DNA of 64,000 nt from Diplonema japonicum (Eukaryota > Protista > Euglenozoa: Diplonemea), in contig OZ025661.1 in assembly GCA_964019335.1 (NCBI GenBank), positions 1 through 64,000 of the forward strand. Direction: 5' to 3'. The notes under the pieces were generated by a model. That model was not told the DNA's origin. It did not search any database and saw only the letters and a program-made list of their open reading frames with translations. Positions 54,239 to 64,000 of this stretch are shown piece by piece (positions within the stretch are counted from its first letter, which is position 1; each line of letters starts with the position of its first letter). The position numbers and the translations under genes are program-made.

Positions 54239-57237
54239 TTAACCCCCTTGGGTTGCATCGGTCACCATCTCATCGATAAGGGGCAGTGACGGCCAGTGGT
54301 CGGTCTGGACTGTGACAGTGGCACTGCCGTCGTCGCTGGACTCAGCATGGAGGAACATGTGCCTGCCTCCTGAAAGCGATATGAGATAGTCGTCTTTGCT
54401 GTCAGGCAACAGGAAGGGCTCGAGCAACAACAAAAAAGAGGTTCCAGCACCCGAAAGGAGAGATGTTTTAGAAGTGAACAAATCAGCACAAGCGGCACTA
54501 TGCAGTTCGGAGTGCACTCTGACGAGGTCTGCTCTAGGCACAGGACAAGGCTGCAGGATGTCTGTGGCAGCAAACACTAAATGCGGCAGGCGCGAGGCTT
54601 TTTCGCACCATACCTCGTTGTCGTTGATGGAAAAGACGACGGTTGGCATTAGTTTCACGGCAACCGGTTCAACTTGCTCTAAGTGAAGTTTCAAGTCTAC
54701 GACGCTGCCGCCGTTCAAACATGGAACGCTCAAAACCTCCAAAGGCAGCACGTAACACCGCTCGACACCTTGATCACCGACAACACCAGCCACAGGCTCC
54801 ACTTCAAAGTGTATTTCGACAGCCAGGAGCTCTCCCACACCTTCATATGTAAGTTTTAAGTCCATGCATAAAGTCATGTTCTTCACTTCACTGCTCGTGT
54901 ATTCGTCAGCATTCCTGACAGTCGCGTAAGCCTTCCCCGAGCGGGTTAGCGTGAGTCCCTACGAGTAGTTATTGCATTCATCATTTAGAACATACCTCAG
55001 GGCAAGGATCACTGACAGGCACATGTGTGTCGCACTGCAGGGCCTTCTTGATGCATTCAACACATGTGTTGTAACTACACTCCTTGCAGTAGTAACACGT
55101 GAAAGGGTCGATATCCAGATTGCACGTTGTGCACTTCAGCAAGCCCATAGTTCCGTCACCCTGAGTGCAGTTGTGGCCTTTGGGACACTCAGGAATCGGC
55201 ACAGGCTCATCGACAGCATATTCGTGGTCTTCAAAGCAGTCTGCCTCCATGCGTGTGTGTTGGTTGTAGAGCATGCTTGCCTGAGCACGCACACTAGGAC
55301 TACGGAAGAACCTAACCATCTGGGAAAGCGCTTGTAAGATGAAAGCATCGGCGGATGTTGACACAAGTGCTGACTTGATGCAGTCCAAACACAAGATCTG
55401 CTCACGCCAAGTAGCTGTTTCAAACCTTTTCTTGAGCCATTCTACCAACAAACGGCAGGCTACGTGCTTCGCTTGGCAGTCACTCTTAAACAGTATATCC
55501 ATAAATACTAGTGCTGGACCTAAGCTGCACCCACCTCGCTGCAGAGCTGACCTCATCAAGGCCAATGGTAACTCCCTCAGCAGCAGCTGGTAAGTCGCTC
55601 CTGCATCGGTGACATCCTGATCCTGCGAGGTGTCAGAATACTCTGAGAACCGTGATGGCCTCAAACTCCCAGCACGTGACTCGAGGATGCTATGCGATTG
55701 GAAGGACCCATCCCCACCAACACTCCCATACCCAAATCCCCCATTTCCAGATTGCGACTCCTCCTGTTGTGAGTGGCATGTGCGGTAGTTCATACCAAAG
55801 GGTCCTGCTTGTCACACTGTGCTTCCTGCAGCAACGAGAGTCGTTTAAGCTCTTCATACATCTCAACTACCTGCAGCCCGAAGTCATCCGGGTACGCCAG
55901 CAACATGTTCACTAACATCTGGAGCACCATCTCCTTCCCACCACAATACCCTGCGGCCATGAGCCATTTGCACCACACATCAACAAACACCAGTTTGGTG
56001 TACCGGGACCGTGCTTGGTGCCTTTTAACCGCCAAGATCATGGGGCCTAACACCTCTGCCAGGTGTGTTAGTTCCATCAGTGCGGCTGGGCCAGCTTGTA
56101 ATGCCTGCTGTGGTCAATAATATTGGAATAACATACCTCAGACAACACCATTGGGTCGTAGTACGCAGCCGCACCGCCCATGCGCAGGGGGGACGACATG
56201 GGCACTTGCCTGGCTGCTAAGTGGTAGCAAAGATCCTTACGCCACTTAAAGTACAACCATTGCTTCCAAACAGGCAATGTGGGGTCATGCAGACCGAGCT
56301 GGATCAGCAGCGTTGCGCCTCGATCCGAGAGCAACTCAGGCAGGCCTCCAGAGCTTCGTAGTGTCACAGCCAAGGCAACAGCTAAGGCGTCTGCAGGAGT
56401 GCTTGACTTTCCCGAAGTGAGCCCTCTGCAGACTTTGGAAATGGCAACGTGCACAGCCTCGCGCTCGATGACAAGGGGCCGTGACACCATCATCAGAGTT
56501 GCAACGACGGCAACCTGCGCTGCAAGGGGGAGCCGTGATGTGAGCGAACAGAGCTGCAGCATGCTTGACTTCAGGTCTGATATCTCTTGCCGTTCGCCGT
56601 CCTTCGGCACTTTGAATTGCAAGGGGTAGGAGAGATACGAGGCAGGAACTGTGTAGTACACCTTCATAGGTATTGCTGTACCTGTGCTGCTCTTGCTGTT
56701 TTGTCTGGCTCTTCGTGAAGGAGCATTGGTCGACAGCTTCACGCCAGAGGGAATGATGGCAGATGCAAGAACGGTATACGCAGCAGCGGCAGAAGGGATG
56801 GTCTCACGCGATGCAAGCTCGGTCACAAGAGATGCTTGCAAGATGAGGATGCCAGGGAACGCCAGTTCTATCTCGTACAATGACAATGCTGCGTCGTGCC
56901 TGATCCGCACGTTTTCTTCGTTGCAGGACATTATCAAATAAGAGAAGAGCACATTCATAAATTCGCTGAATAGGTTTTGCCGCTTGTGAGGAAGGTCGAG
57001 TATTATATGCACCGCCGCCATAGTGCACAGGGCCTGGCCTTTGACGGCACCCCCTAGCCCGCTATCATCCCTTCCCTTGTCACCCACAATCCTTTCCAAC
57101 ACACCCAACACGCTCTCTACTTCACTCATATCTACCTTTGCTATCCTATTCTGGAACGCAGCAAGCAGCGCTATCTGCCTCTCAGCTGCTGCGGAGACCA
57201 CTGTGTTGAGGAACGCAGCATGGCCATCCTCGGACAT
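54239..57237 (-). CDS. AP5B1: AP-5 complex subunit beta-like, multi-exon
   Basis: VKGQALCT..SLYEIELAFPGIL and C-terminal FLLP..TDHWPSLPLID. Four ORFs are joined by short GTATG..AG introns (~56105-56136, 55764-55795, 54959-54995). Confidence 0.65.
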
Positions 57238-57322
57238 TACACCTGTGGAAGGGATACGAGACGGACAACAAGGGGTGGATAACAACACTAAAGTAACACT
57301 CCAGCTGATATGGTATTGGCTT

Positions 57323-58695
57323 CTAGGCGAAGAACTTGTGAGGGTTCCCACGTTTCACCCAGTGGTATCTGTGGTTCGCAGCACGCTCGCCAGTGAACTT
57401 CACCCACTTACCTCGTCGGACGCTCGAGTGCAGGAAGCCTGCCATGTTAAGGTAGACTTTCGTGTGGGGGAAGTATTTGACAAGGGCGTTGGAGATACCC
57501 ATCCGGATGGCATTCCCCTGCAGCGGCTCCGAACCGTTAAAGACCTCGATGTCCACATCGAAGTCGAACACGTTGAGGTCGCACTCATCAAAGGGCTGCA
57601 GCAGCATCTCGACAGCTGGCACATGACCCTTGAAGTGCGCAATTGGCACTGATCCATTGACAGACATCTTGCCGTTACCATCTGCGTTCTCCCTTATACG
57701 GATGACCGCCTCCGCTTGCCCCACCTTACCCGTTGCGTATGAGTACTGTAGTTGTTCGTCAACAATGACACGTTCCGTAATAGGAATCTTCTCCTCAGGT
57801 GCCTCGCCCTTGTCCTTCTCCAGCCACTCGATGTAATCTTTGTAGATATCGTACACAATGTCCACCACGTCGGGAACGGCGTTCGTGTACTTCTCACCCA
57901 TAAGGTGGACATTCTTCCGCAGCTGCTGCAGGTGCGACCACTTGAAATTAAGGTCTCTAAAAAATTCATCCCTCGCTTTCTGGACCTTGTGTACTTTCGA
58001 TGACTGCCTCCTGGACACTGCCTCCATCATGGCGGTGAAGGTTTGGGGGTACCCCTGTCAAAATTCTTGCTCTCCATGTTGGTCATACCTGCAGCTGGAG
58101 CATTTCAGAGGTCATCACCTTGTACTTCTGACCCTGAGAAACATCCTTGTCCTGCAGCTGGATGGACTCGATCACCTGTGAAGATTGGCTACGCTACAAT
58201 TCACACCTTTTTGAGGAGCGCATTGGTTTCTTCCCGCTCCATGTTTGGAAACAAGTTTGATATCAGCTCTTCGAGCTTTTCGTAGTCGAGAGAAGGGATT
58301 TTCAGCAGCAAATCGTGCTTGTTGGCAATCATGTTGCTTGCCTTGGCGGATGAGGAGTAGAGGGTTTTCATGTTCTGAATGCTAATTGACTGCACGTCGT
58401 CAGCATTAGCCTTGTACTCACCAGGAAAAAGGGGTTGTGCGTGCTGCCTCATGGGCCCTCCCCTCCCACTGCTCGAAACACTGAATGACGGCGACTTCTG
58501 CGCCAAGTGCTCGGCACCTCCAGGCATGTAAGGCTCCCATGCCTTTTCCTGCAGCCTGCTGAACTCCTGGTCATCTTTCTCTCGCAGATGATTGTTCAGC
58601 CACACCTTCACGTCCATTTCACTTGTGTTTGGCTTCAACTTCCTCATTGCCCTGAGGACGCTCACCTGCTGCGCACTTGCAGCCGACGTCAACAT
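57323..58695 (-). CDS. Mitochondrial ribosomal protein uS9m-like, 2 introns
   Basis: SYATGK..AEAVIRI..GKMSVNG, QGNAIRMGISNAL, HWVKR. Introns ~58176-58206 and ~58057-58088. Confidence 0.8.
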
Positions 58696-58763
58696 TTTGC
58701 CTCCCTTCCTGTAGTGTGTAGGCAGCAGCAATGGGCGGATAGCAATACATCTATTGTCTAACT

Positions 58764-61080
58764 CTACATTACTAAGCACGGGCAACACTTCCCTGACTTT
58801 TCTTTTTCTTTTTCTTTTTCTTCTTCTTTTTCCTTTCCCCTATCTGGGAGGTGGTCGGGCTGCCGTGCAACTTCGTTTTCCATTTCGTTTTTTGCCTGTA
58901 CCTTGCCAGGTGGGGCGGGTTGCTTAATTGTGCCAGAGACTGGCTGTGTTCCTATTGTTGGCTGCTGTGTTCCTGTTGTCGGCTGTTGCGGCTCTGCGAT
59001 GTCCTCATTGTCGTCCACCTCGATGACAACCTCAGGCATCCTCCGTGCCCCCTCCGGCGTCACTGTCGCGGGTGGCTCCTCTACCCGTACCCTCCTCTTG
59101 CTTCCAGCAGGGTTCATGGGCGGCACATTGTGGTCCACGTTACCGTTCTCAAACATGGGACGGAGCTGTGATAGTTAAACGTGGCAGATGACAGTACCTT
59201 TAGCAACAGAGTGCCTTCGCCCTTTGCGAGGGACACTGTGTACCCCGTGCCCACTAAATCAACTGTCGAGGCATCTTCGTTCCAGTCCTGAAGACATGAC
59301 AGATATGACGCGAACATACCGCTTTTGTGACCTTCTGCTGCGGGGTTGACTCGCTCGCCACCAGCAGCACACCTTCATTAAGAGTGAAGGTGACGTCGTC
59401 CCCCAGTGTATTAGGTATGGTGATGTTGGGAAGTGACTTCTGCCCAAACGGGATGTGCACTGGTGAAGGCGAGCGTGTTTTGCTGCCCTCCATTGTACAA
59501 GGGGGTGTCACTGGAGGAGGTGCTGCGCTTGCTGCACGGCCCATTGATGGTGACACGAAGTCTGGCCGCATCAGTCGGTAAGGCGATTGCGAAGGTGACA
59601 TCGAGGCAAGTGCCATATCCCCCTCGGACACGGATGGAGACGCGTCGGCCGTCGGGTGCTCCGCGGGTGACGACATTGATGGAGACCGCAGGTCACCTTC
59701 GTAGACTATCTCCTCATGCTGCGGAGTCCGCAAGGGGACAGGGGTCCTGATGACGGGAGACACAGACACGTTATTGGGCAGCCTTGTAGGAGGGCCTTTT
59801 GCGCTGGTCTTGGGTCTCGGCGGTGTTGTTTTGTATGTATACGTAGGAGACTCGACTATATTGTCATCGATCACAATTACCGTCTCAGCAACCTCAGATG
59901 TGTCGGTGCACACGCGGAAGGGCTGATGCAGTGTCTTCTTGGGACTCGGCTTCCCCTGGTCCCATACATGCTCAAAAAGTTTCTCATTTTCGGTTATACT
60001 AAAAGATGGTGCATCACGCGGTACCTGGGCATTGGGTGGCTGCGGAGACAGAACAAGGGGAGAGTCAGTTCCGCCATATGGAGCGTGGTGACGGAGCGGC
60101 GTAACAGGCACACTGGACACGTCATCATCAGGCGGCAGCAGCGCACGGCCCGAAAGAGGCGAACCCAATACATACTTGTCTCGTTCTACCCTCATAGGAG
60201 AGGTTGCAGGTGAATGCACATCAGAAAGCCGCCTCGACGGCTTCACAATGTGCGGCGGGTCCTGTACATGCCGGCGATGTGGCGTACGTGAATAATAATC
60301 GTCCGGCCTCAGAGCAACACGATGTGCGGAGCCTAGAGGGACACTGTATTCAGGTGGAGGGACGTATGCAACAGGGATGCCAGCCTGGGTGCCTTTCACA
60401 GGCATCACCGACTCGGTGCTAAGGAAGCGATCCCCTCTGTTACCTACTTTTGGCGTTATGTCTTTCGGTCTGAGAGAGAGGTACTCCCTGACGCGCAAAG
60501 GTGGTGGTGGAAGAGGTGCCGACATCTTTGGCTCACCAGCATCTTGCAAGATTACCTCAGCAATAGCGGAAGTAGACGCGACAGGAAGCGAAGGGGGCTC
60601 CTGGTGCGAACTTGTTCTTGGTCTATGCACGGGGGCTGGTTCGGTTGGCTGAGGCTGAATATTGAGAAGGGCGTTCTTGATCTCTAGCTTCGTGGCTGTG
60701 GTAGAAGCTTCAGACTCTGTATCGTACTGCCTGATGTTGTAGTAAATCTCACGCCTCTTAGTTGCAGCTCCAAGGGACAGCAAGGGTGCACTCATCGGTA
60801 CACGAACAGTTGTCGCTTCGTCCTCCTGTAGCATGTTAGGTTCCGCCTGAGGCTCCAACCCAGTCGGGGAAGGGGTCGGTGCCCTGGAATTAGGAAGAGG
60901 TTCCTCATCGAAATCATTATCGTTCGGCTTCTGAAGCAATGAGGTCAACTCCCGTTCATGGCCCACTTTACCCTCCTCACAGGCACCCTCGGGCCTCTCA
61001 TCAGCGTCTAAGAGGTCTGCCAATGACATGCCTCCCAGGACACTGGGTTCTCGAACACCGTACTGCCCTACAGATGACAT
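58764..61080 (-). CDS. Pro/Ser-rich hypothetical protein ending in CaaX (KCCPCLVM), 2 introns
   Basis: Introns ~59288-59319 and ~59166-59197 join three ORFs. Confidence 0.7.
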
Positions 61081-61218
61081 TCGGCCATTTTTTTTACACG
61101 CCCTTTGCTGTGTGCAATGAAGAAAAAGCTAATGTAAAGAGAGATGGCAGAAGCACTTTCCTCCAAATATAACAAAGACACTGAACTTTCGATTTCGTAG
61201 CTGTAGCAAGATAAATAT

Positions 61219-62360
61219 CTAAGCAGCTTCATCCTTGCATGTTTCATTCACCCACATCCAGAGGCCGTGGCGGTCGAGCTTCTCAATTTTCTTCGAGCCC
61301 TGCAGAATCCAGTTCGCGTGAAGAGAGACCATTCTGTGGCAGTGCTTGATATATTGGTTTGAAGTCCATACTTCGCAGGGTTTATGGTGTGACGTCCTGC
61401 GGGGTGCATCTGGGGGTCCATCACACAGAACTGCAAGTTTTCTTCTTGGTTGCTAGGTGTGCCATCGTTTTCATGTTTGCAGAACTCCGCCCCTTTGAAG
61501 GAGGAGTCGGGGAGCGGTGGCTTTGCCATGCTAGGTTCCATGAGCTCGTGGATCGCCTTGTTAACTGCTTGCTGGTCATCGCAGCATGTCTTTGATCTCG
61601 GCTTCATCAAACAATGATGCACAGCACGCTTTAGCACAATAGCCGTCCTGGGCCTCTTTGCCGAAAAGTAGTAAAACCCACCGTTGGCGGTTTTCCCCGA
61701 TTTCCATTTGAAAGGGCAATTCTCTCGGCTTACACAATCAAAGTGGTCTGCCTGTATGAGCATGTCGTACTTGCCCTCCGCCATCTCTTCTAGAAGCTTC
61801 TCCGGCACCCTCCCTATCACATTGTCAGGGTCAGTGAACAGCACGTTGACCCCTAGCTCTACAAGATACTGGATGGCCTCAATCTTGTGGCACCCCAGGT
61901 CAAAGTAGGTAGCGGTGCCCCACTCTTGCTTCCCCTGCACATCGTCCATCAGTAGCGATCTGCTTGCCCCCAAGAAATTGTGTAATTTTGAATCCATTGA
62001 CAACACGATGTAGTCCAGCCCCAGTTTTTTCGCAAAGCAAGCCCAGTTAAAGAAAAAAGTATTAAACCCCCAATTAGCCATCGTCACCATCACTGTGTTA
62101 TTGAACTCGGGCCTCAGAGCCTTGTTTATAAACACCCCGCTCCTCCTTTTCGTCAGATCTAGCAGACTTTTCTTCATTATCTCTTCAAGGGTCATTTGAG
62201 GAGCCGTCGCTACACTACTGTTGGGTGGTAACGGAAGCGGGGACGACGGTCTCGGCCTCTGTTGTGGTGCGGTGAACATGCCAGCTACGATGGTTGCCGC
62301 CACACAACCGAGGATGAACACTACCGCATACAGCCCGTAGTTCCCCGCATTCTTCATCAT
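61219..62360 (-). CDS. Nucleotide-diphospho-sugar transferase (GT77-like) type II membrane protein, 1 intron
   Basis: N-terminal TM; LGVNVLFTDPD, NGGFYY, DDQ; after splicing HANW..KIEKL..GLW. Confidence 0.85.
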
Positions 62361-62439
62361 GGTTCCTAAGGATACTGTGAGCTGATGAACAGCGATGAGC
62401 AAGACAGGAGGAAATAAGACCATAAACGTTGTGTGTATT

Positions 62440-63279
62440 CTACCTCCACCCCAGTAATCCGATCGTAACATTTCGGAACCATGCGCAGCTTCTTCCGTCC
62501 TGTTTTGTCTGTGCAAGCTGTTCCTGCATAGCACGGGCTCTGGCAAGCCGCTTCCGTCGTGTTTCCATTTCTGCGCGTCGTAGCCGCCTGGCTTGCAGCA
62601 TCACTCGCAGGTCCTTCAGCTCGCTCACTGGTGGCACAATGTGCGTAGTGCCCTCGTCTGACGAGTCCACACTTTCAGCTTCCTGCATCAGCTGCGACAC
62701 AGGGTGCGCGTCGTCGCTCTCCATCGTCTCCATCTCTACTTTCACCTCCACTGCGTCTGTTGTCTCGGTACCCAGCGAGGCCTTGTGCGAGATGTGCGAG
62801 TAGTAAACATTGTAGACAAAGGCTGCCGACCGTATCGTGACCGCTTGCATGAAGATCTGATGCGGGAAGACAGCAAACGCCAGCAAATTGCTTGCAGGCT
62901 TCACGAGGTAGCTGATAGACTGCGCCTCTACGAAGTCCGCAGCAATCTTACGCTTGACCTCTTCCCAACATCCCGTGTTCATGAAAACTAAGCTGGCCAT
63001 GCTTGAGAGCCGGATTATCGGCGAGAAGACCATCTGGTTGATGGCTGTTTTCTGCAAGGCGCCCATGACGCCTTCACCCTGGTGCACCACTGTCTCGATC
63101 ACACGTAGCCGGGCAAACTGCGCAACACCACAGAACACAACCCCGGTTCCTGCAAATTTTCCCGCTCTTTTGAAATCGATCCCCATTGGAGGCTTGCCTT
63201 CCACAAGTATCTGCGCCGCGGCATCGGACCCGAAGCTGAAGGCCAAGTTCATCCCAATGAAGTTCATAAACATCTCCAT
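62440..63279 (-). CDS. Mpv17/PMP22 family protein
   Basis: DAAAQ..IDFKRAGKF..KTAINQMVFSP pattern. Confidence 0.75.
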   Translation of the reverse strand: MEMFMNFIGMNLAFSFGSDAAAQILVEGKPPMGIDFKRAGKFAGTGVVFCGVAQFARLRVIETVVHQGEGVMGALQKTAINQMVFSPIIRLSSMASLVFMNTGCWEEVKRKIAADFVEAQSISYLVKPASNLLAFAVFPHQIFMQAVTIRSAAFVYNVYYSHISHKASLGTETTDAVEVKVEMETMESDDAHPVSQLMQEAESVDSSDEGTTHIVPPVSELKDLRVMLQARRLRRAEMETRRKRLARARAMQEQLAQTKQDGRSCAWFRNVTIGLLGWR

Positions 63280-63560
63280 CTCATCGACCGTCGGTGTAAA
63301 CACTAGCATCCTTGTGTAAGAAATCTGGGATGTAGTGTACAAAAAAAAGAGTCAGCTGGTCGTTGTTTGTGCAAGCCGGTCAAAACCAACCCAGGTTGAC
63401 ACCCTCCTGGTGTCCACCGAATACGGAAGCTCCTGTGCTCCTGTACCTGGGTCGAGGTTCTCTGGGTCAGCAAGACCCAGGCTCTTTTGTCCGTACGGGC
63501 TAGGGGGGAAAAAAAAGAGAAAAAAATAAACGACCACCCATTACTACCCTGTGTAACTGA

Positions 63561-64000
63561 CTAAAAACGTGTATAGTTATGTAGCAGGCGATGCCGCCCC
63601 CATCAGCCCTTGAATCTCCGAACGTTGGCCTTGGCTCAGACTGTGTTGTGGTGTAGTGTGTCGTGTGACAAGGTTATCAATACCATCCACTGTTGATGGC
63701 TTTCCGCACGGCCTTCACAGGGTTGTGACCGCTGCACGACTTCCTTCCTCCCTTTTCTAGTGCCAGCTGTGTTTTGGTGTCATCGTTGCTGCTGCCTGTA
63801 CCATACCGTAAAATCAATATCGTTGTGTCCAGCGCCGTGTCCTGGTAATGGGACATCGACACCACCCCCATTCGGCCCCAGCCCTACGCCTGCACCTACC
63901 CCGTTGAAGGATATGTCATACTTCGTTCCGATATGCGGGCTGGGCATTTCCTCCTGCAATGTATACGAAAAAAGATCGCCTTCATAGCAGATAGAAAGGT
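63561..64000 (-). CDS. 3' end of an unidentified intron-containing gene (partial)
   Basis: Open minus frame YEGDLFSYTLQEE..IDFT followed by two GTAT..ACAG intron-like segments. Confidence 0.4.

Noticed and set aside
11700-63400. Numerous + strand ORFs of 60-230 aa
   Set aside because: Antisense shadows of well-supported minus-strand genes.

Overview
Eukaryotic genomic DNA, most likely a euglenozoan and plausibly a diplonemid. That is inferred from a spliced-leader remnant, ~30 co-oriented genes and GTATG..CAG cis-introns. The window looks like a chromosome end. (1) 1-2110: ~264 copies of GGGTTTGC, homogeneous distally and degenerate proximally. The array is joined through microhomology to a 3'-truncated CRE-like retrotransposon ORF (zinc fingers + OTU; missing from the ORF track). 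Its polarity is inverted relative to normal telomeres: the strand running 5'->3' toward position 1 is C/A-rich (CCCGCAAA)n. (2) ~2.1-11.3 kb: subtelomeric transposon debris (APE endonuclease, Crypton-like, pogo-like, MITE), an SL-tagged retrocopy and an ncRNA cluster. The cluster holds U2 snRNA, SRP RNA and two unassigned structured segments. One segment carries a perfect 15-nt G-rich copy of the terminal repeat and is a candidate telomerase RNA whose polarity would explain the inverted array. (3) ~11.3-64 kb: a dense, entirely minus-strand gene array read toward the repeat, with many 25-40 nt introns. It includes an RWD-CDK-cyclin fusion, an ESRP/fusilli-like gene and a HYKK-PHYKPL fusion. 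All assignments come from motif recognition by eye; no searches were run.
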